Assembly: GCA_963736855.1 (NCBI GenBank)
Contig: CAVTQK010000009.1
Span: forward strand, 619,769 to 683,768
Reading direction: 5' to 3'
Source: an uncultured delta proteobacterium
Lineage (GTDB): Bacteria > Desulfobacterota > Desulfobacteria > Desulfobacterales > UBA2156
Length of the DNA stretch: 64,000 nucleotides
Shown one piece after another: positions 21,600 to 31,627 of the stretch. Numbering within the stretch: the stretch's first letter is position 1; each line of letters opens with the position of its first letter. The notes beneath the pieces are model-generated. The model was not told the origin of the DNA, ran no database searches, and worked only from the letters and a program-made list of their open reading frames with translations. The translations under genes and the position numbers were made by a program.

Positions 21600-23132
21600 T
21601 CAGTTCAGCGGACCCACGGCTTCTTCCACGGCATCGACGATGGCGCCGCTTCGAACCAGGTCCGTTAACGCGGCGATATCCTTCGAAAGGACGCGGTCGA
21701 TATCCAGATGCCTGACGGTCTCCCGGATGGTCCGATAGGCCGCCAGTGTCCCTTTCCCCGGTTTCATGTTGGTGAAAAGATCCATGGCCTGGGCGGCGCA
21801 CAGCATCTCGATGGCGATGACGTGCTCCACATTTTTCAAAATCGACCGGCACTTTCGGGCCGATATGGTCCCCATGGAGACATGGTCCTCCTTGTTGGCC
21901 GATGTGGGGATGGAATCCACACATGCCGGATGAGCCAGGACCTTGTTTTCCGAGACCAGAGCCGCGGCCGTGTATTGAGTGATCATGAAGCCGGAATTCA
22001 ATCCGCCGTCAGCCACAAGGAAGGCCGGAAGTCCGCTGAGCTGGGGGTTTACCAGCCGTTCCACCCGGCGCTCGGAGATCGCCCCCCACTCGCATATCCC
22101 TATCCCTAAAAAGTCGAGGGCCAATGCCACAGGCTGACCGTGGAAATTACCCCCTAATAGAAATGTTTTATCTTCTGTAAAGATAACGGGATTCCCGGTG
22201 GAAGCGTTCATTTCGGTCTCCAGGACCTTCTTCGCGTATGCCGCGGCGTCTTTACCCGCTCCGTGCACCTGAGGGGAACAGCGCAGCGTGTAGGCGTCCT
22301 GAATCCGGCAGCAATCTTGGTGAGAGGAGATGATCTCGCTGTCTTTGGTGATGCGGAGCATGTTGTCGGCCGCCGCCGCTTGGCCGGGATGGGGTCGGAC
22401 CCGATGGATTCGGGGGTCGAACTCCGTCCGGCTCCCCATCAGGACCTCCAGACTCATGGCCGCCGCGATATCCGCGGTCTTTGCGAGTTTAAGAGCATCG
22501 TAAAGGGTCAGTGCGCCGATGGCGGTCATCACCTGGGTGCCGTTCACCAGGGCAAGCCCTTCGCCGGCTTCCAGTGTAAGGGGTTTGAGGCTGCATCTAG
22601 ACAGGGCCGCTTTACCGGACATCCGCTTTCCACGGTAAACGGCCATTCCCATACCGATAAGGACCAGGGCAAGGTGAGCCAGGGGGGCCAAATCACCGCT
22701 GGCGCCAACCGACCCCTGAGCCGGCACTTCCGGATGGATTCCCCGATTGAGACACTCTATCAACTGGCGGACGGTCTCCAAGCGGATTCCCGCATGTCCC
22801 TTTGCAAGGTCATGCACCTTCAGGGCCATGACCGCCCTTACCGTTTCGGTGTCCAGTAGTTCTCCTACGCCTGCGGCGTGGCTCATGAGGATGTTTTTTT
22901 GAAGTTGCCGGGTATCCTTCAGAGAGATCTTCACATCGCTGAGCACCCCGAATCCCGTGGTCATCCCGTAGATGATTCTCCCCTCGGCAATCCATTGATC
23001 CACCAGCCGGCGAGCGGCCCGGATCCGACGAGAGGCCTCTTGGGTCAACGCCACTTGCGTCCCATTCCGGGCCACCGCAGTCAAATCTTCCAGGTTAAGG
23101 TTTTCACCACCTAAAGATATCTTCCTTGGCAT
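21600..23132 (-). CDS. hutH: histidine ammonia-lyase
   Basis: GSVGASGDLAPLAH (MIO motif), QDAYTLRC, GGNFHGQP, EDHVSMG. Confidence 0.95.
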   Translation of the reverse strand: MPRKISLGGENLNLEDLTAVARNGTQVALTQEASRRIRAARRLVDQWIAEGRIIYGMTTGFGVLSDVKISLKDTRQLQKNILMSHAAGVGELLDTETVRAVMALKVHDLAKGHAGIRLETVRQLIECLNRGIHPEVPAQGSVGASGDLAPLAHLALVLIGMGMAVYRGKRMSGKAALSRCSLKPLTLEAGEGLALVNGTQVMTAIGALTLYDALKLAKTADIAAAMSLEVLMGSRTEFDPRIHRVRPHPGQAAAADNMLRITKDSEIISSHQDCCRIQDAYTLRCSPQVHGAGKDAAAYAKKVLETEMNASTGNPVIFTEDKTFLLGGNFHGQPVALALDFLGIGICEWGAISERRVERLVNPQLSGLPAFLVADGGLNSGFMITQYTAAALVSENKVLAHPACVDSIPTSANKEDHVSMGTISARKCRSILKNVEHVIAIEMLCAAQAMDLFTNMKPGKGTLAAYRTIRETVRHLDIDRVLSKDIAALTDLVRSGAIVDAVEEAVGPLN

Positions 23133-23167
23133 GGATCCTCTTTGCGTCATCAAACAACTTTTTAATT

Positions 23168-23324
23168 TTGATGAAATCGTAAAAACTCAAAATTGGGATG
23201 GCAAAGTAAAAAGCTTCAGATGCAAGGCGCGCAAATCCTGAGGAATGAGGCGTACTTATAGGTACGCCGCAATGACGAAGGATGCAGCGCAACGCAGCAG
23301 ATGGACTTTTTACGAAGCCATCAA
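23168..23324. repeat. MITE-like structured repeat, copy 2
   Basis: same architecture as 8525-8681; ends GGACTTTTTACGAAGCCATCAA. Confidence 0.85.
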
Positions 23325-23609
23325 TTTTATTAGTACAGCCGGGCTGAAATTTCAATCAGGAATTCGGAACCTCACCTGAGAAAGCTTTCTGACAAAAGCC
23401 TTGACAGCGGAGGGTCTTTGTATGAAGCTTTCAGTCTATTGGCCCTCCAATCGGCCGGAATTTACCCTGCAGTTGCATAAAAAACATGACAAGGTATAGA
23501 AAAAAGAATGATAAAAGGGCATTTGAATACGTTTAGGCATGGTTCGCGAATAAACTTTTAGTGACTTTAAAAACAAAGAAAAAATTTGTCACATTTTTTA
23601 CCCGGAGGG

Positions 23610-23708
23610 AAAGCTGAGGATGCACCATCTCCTTCGTTGCCAAGGGCTCGCAGTAAAATACTACGGCTTCACCCTTGGACGCCTTGGATCTGGGACATCC
23701 TCAGCTTT
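23610..23708. repeat. diverged structured repeat in the gcvT-glyA leader
   Basis: 13-bp closing IR AAAGCTGAGGATG/CATCCTCAGCTTT, inner CCAAGGG/CCCTTGG; shares CATCT..CGTTGC and CGCCTTG.ATCTG with copy 2. Confidence 0.6.
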
Positions 23709-23746
23709 TGCAACAACAGGGTTTACCCATAAAAAGGAGTCTGGAA

Positions 23747-26395
23747 ATGGAAACGCTGCGTAAGACACCCTTACACGATCGCCACGCTTCCCTGGGCGCC
23801 AACCTTGTCTCTTTCGGCGGGTGGCACATGCCTCTGCATTATCGCTCGGGCATCCTTCAGGAGCATCTGGCCACCCGAAAAGAGGCTGGCCTCTTCGATG
23901 TTTCCCACATGGGCCGCTTCATCGTCTCCGGGAAAAATGCCCTATCCTTTCTCCAGCATGTGCTGACCAATAATGCCGCCGCCCTCGAAGTGGAAGAAAG
24001 CCAATACACCATAATCGCCGATGTCGAAGGCGGTGCCATTGACGATGCCTACCTTTACCGTTTCGTGGAAGACAGCTATCTTCTGGTAGTCAACGCGGCC
24101 AACACCCGAAAAGATTGGGACCATTTCAATGCGACATTGAAAGGCTTCAAAGACGTTCGGCTGGAAGATCACACGGAATCCCTTTCCATGCTCAGCCTCC
24201 AGGGACCCCGATCCAAGGAGATCATGACGGAAATTCTCGACTCAGGACAGCTTCCTGAACCGATGAGAAACGCACTTTCCACCGCCGTCATTGCCGGAGC
24301 GACCGTCCGAATCGGCAGAACCGGATATACCGGCGAGCCGCTATGCTTCGAGCTTTTCATGAAACAGGAAGATGCCCCGAAGGTGTGGGATCGGATTCTT
24401 TCCAAGGGCGCTTCTCCCGTGGGATTGGGAGCCCGCGACACTTTGAGGCTGGAAGCCGCGCTCCCCCTTTATGGACACGAGTTCGGCACCGACCCTGAAG
24501 GAAAGCCGATTCCCATATTCACCTGTCCCCTTGCCCGGTTCGCCGTCAGTTTTTCCCCTCTTAAAGGAGACTTTATCGGCCGGACGTCGCTTTTCAGGCA
24601 ATTTGAGGCTTTCAAACGGATTGCCTGCCACGATTTTTCCAACACAAAAGACCTCCCCCGCCGGGTCCAGCCTGCGGCGCTCATGGAAAAAGGGGTTCCC
24701 CGGCTGGGATATCGCATTTTTCGAAACAGCTCACAGGTGGGGTATGTCACCAGCGGCACCATGGTCCCTTATTATCAATTTACAGGAGACGGCATTCACT
24801 CCACCCCAACCGAACAGACGGAGCTGAGGGGAATCTGCCTGGCCCTTATGGACAGTGATTGCTGGGAGGGAGACATTATTGAAATCGATATCCGGGGCAG
24901 GCGGGTCAAGGGAGTGATCGTTCCCTACCATTTGCGAAGCGAGGCCCCTCCCATGGCCCGGCCTATCCTCTGGAGCCGGATTCATCAGGAAAAGCGTTCT
25001 TCCGGAAAGAGCCCCTTCCTCGAGAAAGCCCGGATCCTCACCGAAAAGGCCTTATCAAATACCCGATGGCGCCGACAGGAATGCATCAACCTGATCCCCT
25101 CGGAACAGACCCCCTCCATCCTGGTCAAGCTTCTCTCCATGGCCGACCCTTCCGGCCGTTACGCCGAGCACAAACCGGTCCCCGCCTTTTCCGATGCCGA
25201 GGTGTTTTATTACCAAGGAACCGACTTTATCGCCGAAGTAGAGTCTCTGCTCAAAGAGGAACTTTGCACCTACCTGGGATGCCGGGAAGTGGAAACCCGG
25301 GTGATCTCCGGACAGATGGCCAACACCGCCGTCTTCAGCGCCATGGTGGACTTTCTCAACCGGGCCGATCGGAAGAGCGAACAGCGTCGGATTCGAAAGG
25401 TCCTCAATAACCATATCATCAAAGGCGGGCATCTGAGCGCACAGCCCATGGGCGCTCTGCGGGATTTCGTCATGCGGGATCCCAAGACGGAAAAGCCTGC
25501 AGTGGTCAATTTTCCGGTGTTGGTTCACGACCCTTTCAAGATCGATGTGAGCGCCTGCAGGGAGGTACTCGAAGAGCACCGGCCGGAGCTGATCATCTTC
25601 GGTAAGAGCATGACCCTTTATCGGGAGCCGGTGGCCCAGATCCGGGAAATGGTGAATACCTTGGGCTTGGATTGCATGATCCTTTACGACATGGCCCATG
25701 TCCTGGGCCTTGCAGGGCCCTTGTTCCAGGAGCCGTTCAGGGAAGGTGCGGACATCGTCACCGGGTCGACCCACAAGACGTTTTTCGGAACCCAGAGGGG
25801 TATCATCGCCTCCGACTGCACTTTGGAAGATCACCGTTTCGAATTCTGGGAAGCGATCCAGCGCCGAACATTCCCCGGCAGCACCAGCAACCATCACCTG
25901 GGGACCCTGCTGGGGCTCCTGATGGCCGCCTATGAGATGAACCATTTCAAGGAATCCTATCAAAATCAGGTGCTCGCCAACGCCAAAACCTTCGCGAAAG
26001 AGCTGGCAGCGTATGGCCTGAGTGTAGCAGGAGACCCGGAAATTTCCTATACCGAAACCCACCAGGTGATCCTCAACGTCGGGTATGCCAAAGGGCCGGA
26101 GATTGCCCGACGCCTGGAGGAAAACAACATTATCGTCAACTACCAGGCTTCCCCGGCGGATGAAGGATTTACCGCTTCAGGTTCCTTGCGCATGGGTGTT
26201 CAGGAAATGACCCGGTTCGGCATGAAGGAACCCCATTTTCAACAACTGGCCCAGTTTGTTGCGGAAGCCCTGGGCGGAAACCGCACTGTCAAGGAGAAAG
26301 TACTTCAATTCAGGAGGGATTTCCAGGAGATGCATTATGTATTCTCAATGGATCAATTTACCGATCTGATCGATCGGCTCTATCGTTTAATTTAG
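23747..26395 (+). CDS. GcvT aminomethyltransferase - serine hydroxymethyltransferase fusion
   Basis: N-terminal FDVSHMG, RTGYTGE, GLGARDTLRLEA; C-terminal INLIPSE, GGHLS, DMAHVLGL, STHKT; AAGGAG RBS. Confidence 0.93.
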   Translation: METLRKTPLHDRHASLGANLVSFGGWHMPLHYRSGILQEHLATRKEAGLFDVSHMGRFIVSGKNALSFLQHVLTNNAAALEVEESQYTIIADVEGGAIDDAYLYRFVEDSYLLVVNAANTRKDWDHFNATLKGFKDVRLEDHTESLSMLSLQGPRSKEIMTEILDSGQLPEPMRNALSTAVIAGATVRIGRTGYTGEPLCFELFMKQEDAPKVWDRILSKGASPVGLGARDTLRLEAALPLYGHEFGTDPEGKPIPIFTCPLARFAVSFSPLKGDFIGRTSLFRQFEAFKRIACHDFSNTKDLPRRVQPAALMEKGVPRLGYRIFRNSSQVGYVTSGTMVPYYQFTGDGIHSTPTEQTELRGICLALMDSDCWEGDIIEIDIRGRRVKGVIVPYHLRSEAPPMARPILWSRIHQEKRSSGKSPFLEKARILTEKALSNTRWRRQECINLIPSEQTPSILVKLLSMADPSGRYAEHKPVPAFSDAEVFYYQGTDFIAEVESLLKEELCTYLGCREVETRVISGQMANTAVFSAMVDFLNRADRKSEQRRIRKVLNNHIIKGGHLSAQPMGALRDFVMRDPKTEKPAVVNFPVLVHDPFKIDVSACREVLEEHRPELIIFGKSMTLYREPVAQIREMVNTLGLDCMILYDMAHVLGLAGPLFQEPFREGADIVTGSTHKTFFGTQRGIIASDCTLEDHRFEFWEAIQRRTFPGSTSNHHLGTLLGLLMAAYEMNHFKESYQNQVLANAKTFAKELAAYGLSVAGDPEISYTETHQVILNVGYAKGPEIARRLEENNIIVNYQASPADEGFTASGSLRMGVQEMTRFGMKEPHFQQLAQFVAEALGGNRTVKEKVLQFRRDFQEMHYVFSMDQFTDLIDRLYRLI

Positions 26396-26411
26396 GGCCG
26401 ACCTATATTGC

Positions 26412-27450
26412 ATGGACATGGGCGCGTCTCTGAATTCGAGAATCTTTTCTGCCGCCGTTTTTCTGGGGTTTGTTGTCTTTTCCATACTCACATTTCTTTT
26501 CCTGGAAATGTATCACTTTGCCCAAACCCCGGCCGACCCCCTTGCCCCCGTCAGGTCGTTTGTCGTCTTGCCCGGGGACTCCTTCCGGCGGACAGCCGAA
26601 AGGCTCCATCAAGAAAAGATCATCGAGAGTGCATGCAAGCTACGCCTGTACGCCCGGCTGAAAGGTTTGGATATACGGATTAAGGCCGGTGAATACGCCC
26701 TTTCGGCCGCCCAGACGCCCGCAGCCATATTGGATGCCATGGCTGCCGGTAAAGTGGCTCTGTACAGGGTGACCGTTCCTGAAGGATATACTCTTTTCCA
26801 AATTGCCGATCTTCTTGCCCAATCGAACATTTTGGATCGAGGAGATTTCATAAGGACCGCCACCGATTCGGAAACCGCCCGGCGCCTCGGCATCGAAGCC
26901 TCCACCCTCGAAGGATACCTTTTTCCGGACACCTATTATTTTCCCCGGCCTTCTTCCCCAGGATCGATCCTTTCCACTATGGTGGGCGCTTTTCGTAAAG
27001 CTTTCAAGCCTCAATGGGAAGAAGCGGCAACCAGGGCGGGTTTCACGATCCACCAAATCGTCACCCTGGCCTCCATGATCGAAAAGGAAACCGGTGCCCC
27101 CTTTGAGCGGCCTTTAGTCGCTTCGGTCTTTCACAATCGACTCCAAAAGAAGATACGCCTGGAAAGCGATCCCACGGTGATCTATGGCATCAAGGACTTT
27201 GACGGAGATCTCACGCGAGAAGCACCTCGCTCAACGCACCCCTTATAATACTTATCGGATGTCAGGACTCCCTCGCGGACCCATCGCAAACCCTGGAACC
27301 GATTCCCTTGAGGCGGCCCTTTATCCTGCAAAGACCCCTTTTATATATTTTGTCTCTAAAAATGACGGAACCCACCAATTCTCCGAAGACCTCCAGACCC
27401 ACCGTTTGGCCGTAGAAATCTACCAGAAAGAAAAGGAAGTATTGCCATGA
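26412..27450 (+). pseudogene. mltG: endolytic transglycosylase, frameshift near 27215-27220
   Basis: LEGYLFPDTY, LASMIEKE, LESDPTV in one frame; PYNTY..GLP.GPIANPG..YFVS in the next. Confidence 0.88.
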
Positions 27451-28463
27451 CGCCTCGGCCTTCGGATAGGATCTTAGCCGGTCAGCGATTGATGGTCGGG
27501 TTTGACGGGACTCACCTCGATGAGGACCTGAAGTATCTGATCAGAGATATCGGGGTTACCGGCATTATCCTGTTTAAAAAAAATATACAGACCCCGGAGC
27601 AGATCCGGGAGCTGACCCGATCGGTCCAGGAATATGCCGCGTCCTGCGGAAAGGATCCCCTATTTATCGCGGTTGATCAAGAAGGAGGGGAGGTGGCCCG
27701 GCTGCGAGGCCTTTTTTTTACGGAATTTCCGGGGAATCCCCATATCCAAAATTCCGCCGACGCCCATCGATTTGCCGAGGTGACCGCCTCCGAACTTCGA
27801 TCTATAGGGATCAACATGAACATGGCGCCGGTGCTGGATGTGGTTCCGGCCGGAATCAACAGCGTCATGGCGGGGAGGTCCTTCGCGGGCGATCCGTTTC
27901 GGGTTTCTGAATTGGGGCAGGTGGTGATTTCCCTTTTCCAGGGAAAAGGCGTCCTTTCGGTGGCCAAACACTTCCCGGGGATGGGTCGGGCCGTCATAGA
28001 TCCCCACGTCGATCCCATTGATCTTAGGATCTCGCTTCCGGAAATGGAAGCCTGTGATCTCGTACCCTTCAAGGATGCCGTTGAAGCAGGAGTTTCGGGC
28101 ATCATGCTCTCCCATCTCGTCTATTCCGGAATCGATCCAGACTGGCCGGCCAGCTTATCGGAGGTCATCGCAAAGGATCTATTGCAACACCGTATGGGAT
28201 TTACCGGGATCGTTTTTACCGACGACTTGGATATGGGAGCCATCGAGAGCCATTACCCTGTCGAGACTCTTGCCGAGCGGATTCTGGAAGCCCGGATCGA
28301 TATCGCCCTGGTTTGCCATCGGACCGAAAAAATCGAAGCCTTTTTTGAATCTGTTTTAAAGACTATCGGGAAATCGTCCCGGATCCGGCAGTCCGGAGTC
28401 GCCGCCTGTCGGAAAATCACAGAGGTCAAGCGTACCTTTTTAAATGCACCGATCTCCCAGTGA
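27447..28463 (+). CDS. nagZ: beta-N-acetylhexosaminidase
   Basis: DQEGG, APVLDV, KHFPGMG...DPH, TDDLDM. Confidence 0.9.
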   Translation: MTPRPSDRILAGQRLMVGFDGTHLDEDLKYLIRDIGVTGIILFKKNIQTPEQIRELTRSVQEYAASCGKDPLFIAVDQEGGEVARLRGLFFTEFPGNPHIQNSADAHRFAEVTASELRSIGINMNMAPVLDVVPAGINSVMAGRSFAGDPFRVSELGQVVISLFQGKGVLSVAKHFPGMGRAVIDPHVDPIDLRISLPEMEACDLVPFKDAVEAGVSGIMLSHLVYSGIDPDWPASLSEVIAKDLLQHRMGFTGIVFTDDLDMGAIESHYPVETLAERILEARIDIALVCHRTEKIEAFFESVLKTIGKSSRIRQSGVAACRKITEVKRTFLNAPISQ

Positions 28464-29471
28464 CGCTTTTCCCTCTGACGGCCGGATTCGGGAATAGACA
28501 TCATCCTTCAGCCCGCAGGATTCGCCCCGGCGCAAGCGATGATACCCCACATGGGCGATCATGACGGCGTTGTCCCCGCAAAGCGCCGGGGGCGGAATAT
28601 GGAGGGAGATCCCATTTTCCTCGGCAGCATCTCCCATCCGTTTTCTAAGCCTGGAGTTTGCAGCCACGCCGCCCACCACCGCCAAGTGCCTGCATCCGGT
28701 CTCTTCCGTCGCACGAATCGCTTTGGCGACCAGGACATCCACAACCGCTTCCTGAAAAGCCGCAGCAATTTGGGGAAAAGCATCCCGGTAATCGGGATGG
28801 GTTTGGATATACCGGTTCACCGCTGTTTTGATTCCGCTGAAGCTGAAGTCAAAGGAGGACGGATCCAGCAATGCCCTGGGAAAACGGATCGCAGCCGGAT
28901 TCCCCCCCCGTGCGATGCGATCAATAGCCGGACCACCGGGATACCCGAGGTCGAGCATCTTGGCCACCTTGTCAAAAGCTTCCCCTGCCGCGTCATCCCG
29001 GGTTTTCCCCATCAGAGTCCAGTGGAGTAAGCCGTTCACCCTGTAAAGGGCCGTGTGTCCTCCGGAGACCATAAGCGCAATGAAAGGAAACGATAGCGAG
29101 TCGTGGGCAAAGAAAGCGCTGTGGATGTGGCCTTCGATGTGATCCACCCCGACATAGGGTATACCCAATGCATAGGCAAGGGACTTGGCAAAGGAAAAAC
29201 CGACCAGGAGAGACCCAACCAGGCCGGGCCCCTGGGTCACCGCCACACCGTCGAGCTCTTTGAGGGTTACCTCCGCTATTTGCATGGCTTTGCGCACCAC
29301 GTCCACGATGGCCTCCATATGTTTGCGGGAAGCCAGTTCCGGGACCACGCCTCCAAAGGGATGATGTATCTCGATTTGTGAGGCCACCACCGATGATAGG
29401 ATCTGATGACCGTCCTTTGTCACGGCGGCTGCGGTTTCATCGCACGAGGTCTCGATCCCCAGCACGATCAT
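28440..29471 (-). CDS. tsaD: tRNA threonylcarbamoyltransferase
   Basis: GIETSCDET, GGVVPELASR, HIEGH, VSGGHT, DDAAGEAFDK. Confidence 0.97.
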   Translation of the reverse strand: MIVLGIETSCDETAAAVTKDGHQILSSVVASQIEIHHPFGGVVPELASRKHMEAIVDVVRKAMQIAEVTLKELDGVAVTQGPGLVGSLLVGFSFAKSLAYALGIPYVGVDHIEGHIHSAFFAHDSLSFPFIALMVSGGHTALYRVNGLLHWTLMGKTRDDAAGEAFDKVAKMLDLGYPGGPAIDRIARGGNPAAIRFPRALLDPSSFDFSFSGIKTAVNRYIQTHPDYRDAFPQIAAAFQEAVVDVLVAKAIRATEETGCRHLAVVGGVAANSRLRKRMGDAAEENGISLHIPPPALCGDNAVMIAHVGYHRLRRGESCGLKDDVYSRIRPSEGKASLGDRCI

Positions 29472-31363
29472 GAAAGCGTCTGCTCCCGTTTCTGAAGGTC
29501 ATCCTCGGGACGATCTATCGGTCGGCTTTTTTGATTTATCTCCAGATGCACATCCTCCAGATGCACTGAAAAACGCCTCAAGAAAAGGGCGTTCACCACG
29601 CAAAAGCCCTTGACCGCCTCTATCCGGGACGGATCGGCTTCGGTGAAAGAAATGAGCAGCCCCCCCACGGGGTGTTTCTTGAGAATTGTCGACAAATCAT
29701 CGAATGATCCCAGGATAGGATATCCGTTCAGCTTCCTGCCGACTTTCAGGGGGTCGTCATCGATGAACCCGATCGGCTTGATGCCAAGGCTGGGGTTGTT
29801 GAGGATCTCACGCAACAGGATCTCGCCGCCGCGTCCGGCCCCGTAGATGATCACCATGTCCCCGGCCAGAGCCTTTCGCTTCACCGTGTCCATAAAAAGG
29901 CGGAAGGATCCCCGGGTCCCCAGTAGCAATCCGGTCGTTAAAAACCAGTCGATGACAAAAATCCCCTTGGAAAAATCTTCAAACCGATAAATAAACGTGA
30001 TCACCGTGACGGACAGCACGGTCCCTGCTGCAGTGGCCTTGAGATAGGTAAAAACGTCGTTTGCGCTCATATAGCGCCAGATGCCCCGGTAGATGCCGAT
30101 GGCAAAAAAGGCTAAAAACTTGCAGGCAATGACTGTCGGAAGAGATCGGAGAAATACCTTGAAATAGACGCCGAACGCATCATCGTCGAACCTGAGCCGG
30201 TAAGAAACGTAATAAGCGAAAGCGATCAGCCCAAAATCCAGGATCACCAGAAGAATCTGTCGCTTGTAGGTCAACTCCACCAGGATGGGTGTGTACACCC
30301 GCCCCCGAAGAAGAGAAAACTCCTTTTCGGGATAAACTCGAATCTGGGCGAGATAAATTCCCATGAGAAGAACGGACAGGGCTAGCGGGATGATGACCCC
30401 GGGGGAGGTGAGCGTGTCGCTTCGGTCCACAAAAATTGCGGAGAGTCCGGACACTGCGCCGATACCGTAAAGAAACAGGACCGCCCCTCGTTCGGAAAAC
30501 CCCATAAGCACCAGCCGATGGGAGGTGTGATCCCGCCCCCCCGTGGACGCCTTCCTCCCGCTCAAGAGACGAATCAGGGTCACCAAGGTGGTATCCAAAA
30601 TCGGAACCATGAGAACCATCACCGGAACTGCGTAGGCCGAAATCCGGTTCCCGGTACCGTTTTGGGTGTAAAGCATGGCCAGCATGGAGAGGGAAAAGCC
30701 GATGGGGAGACTTCCGTTGTCGCCCATGAATATGGACGCCGGTTTGAAATTATACACCAAAAAAGCAGCCATGGATCCGGCAAGAATCAAGGAGATGAGA
30801 AAAAGGCTTTCGGTGTGATCAAAGAACAGTACCGCAAATGTCAAAGTCGCTACCAGGCCAACCCCGGCACAAAGACCGTCCATGTTATCCAACAGGTTGA
30901 AAGCATTGGTGATTCCCACAATCCACACAATGGTCACCATCGTGTCGAGAGTCATGGAGACGAACCAATGGAGCCGAAATCCTAAAAAGGCGATGAAGGA
31001 GGCCACCACGATCTGACCCACTAGCTTGGTGTGGGGTTTGATCTTGATGAAATCGTCTACAAGGCCCAGCAAGAAGAGCGCGGTGATACCGAGCCACACC
31101 ACGGCCGCCGGGGAAGCAGGGAGCTTGATGACGGCGGATCGGTCCATATGAGAAACGACGGTGGAAAAATCGGAGATAAAAAACAAGGGGATCGCTATTC
31201 CGGCATAGATGGCTATTCCTCCAAGCAGGGCGGTGGGCTTCTTATGCCACCGCTCTTCGGAGGGTTTGGCCAGCCAGCCTTTCATAATAGCCGCCCACCG
31301 GATGAGAGGGGTCAGCACCAGGCAGATGAAAAAGGAAGCCCCGAATAAACCGTACTCCATCAT
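29468..31363 (-). CDS. WecA/MraY-family transferase fused to a CapD/PglF-like membrane + Rossmann domain
   Basis: GLVDD, NAFNLLDNMDGL, FMGD.G, DHTSHRL; C-terminal IYGAGRGG, GFIDDD. Confidence 0.85.
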   Translation of the reverse strand: MMEYGLFGASFFICLVLTPLIRWAAIMKGWLAKPSEERWHKKPTALLGGIAIYAGIAIPLFFISDFSTVVSHMDRSAVIKLPASPAAVVWLGITALFLLGLVDDFIKIKPHTKLVGQIVVASFIAFLGFRLHWFVSMTLDTMVTIVWIVGITNAFNLLDNMDGLCAGVGLVATLTFAVLFFDHTESLFLISLILAGSMAAFLVYNFKPASIFMGDNGSLPIGFSLSMLAMLYTQNGTGNRISAYAVPVMVLMVPILDTTLVTLIRLLSGRKASTGGRDHTSHRLVLMGFSERGAVLFLYGIGAVSGLSAIFVDRSDTLTSPGVIIPLALSVLLMGIYLAQIRVYPEKEFSLLRGRVYTPILVELTYKRQILLVILDFGLIAFAYYVSYRLRFDDDAFGVYFKVFLRSLPTVIACKFLAFFAIGIYRGIWRYMSANDVFTYLKATAAGTVLSVTVITFIYRFEDFSKGIFVIDWFLTTGLLLGTRGSFRLFMDTVKRKALAGDMVIIYGAGRGGEILLREILNNPSLGIKPIGFIDDDPLKVGRKLNGYPILGSFDDLSTILKKHPVGGLLISFTEADPSRIEAVKGFCVVNALFLRRFSVHLEDVHLEINQKSRPIDRPEDDLQKREQTLS

Positions 31364-31474
31364 TATTGCCGCCTGATCGTTATGGGTGCCGGTGGACGTG
31401 CGCTAACCGGTAGGTCGCGTTTAATAAACAGGGCCGGATCAGGGCACCCGACCGGTGCCGCCCGAACCGATCCC

Positions 31475-31627
31475 TCAGGTCTTGCACGGGGCTTTTCCCT
31501 GCTGACCCTTTTCGAGCCATTTCAGCAGAGCCAAAAAGGGGGCTGCCATACGTCGGACAAAAGACGGCTTGCCTTTGGACGGGGCCTTTCCTCTTTTCTT
31601 ACCGTCTTTTGAAGCGACTACTTCCAT
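31475..31627 (-). CDS. putative 50-aa small protein (below the ORF-track cutoff)
   Basis: MEVVASKTVRKEERPRPKASRLLSDVWQPPFLALLKWLEKGQQGKAPCKT*; ATG overlaps the purM end. Confidence 0.45.
   Translation of the reverse strand: MEVVASKDGKKRGKAPSKGKPSFVRRMAAPFLALLKWLEKGQQGKAPCKT

Noticed and set aside
23580..23746. Glycine, THF or ZTP riboswitch upstream of gcvT-glyA
   Set aside because: Consensus motifs not found by eye; the structure resembles the local repeat family instead.
25055..26062. Long antisense ORFs (also 1966-2880, 50477-51349 and others)
   Set aside because: Shadow frames opposite well-supported GC-rich genes, with no motifs.
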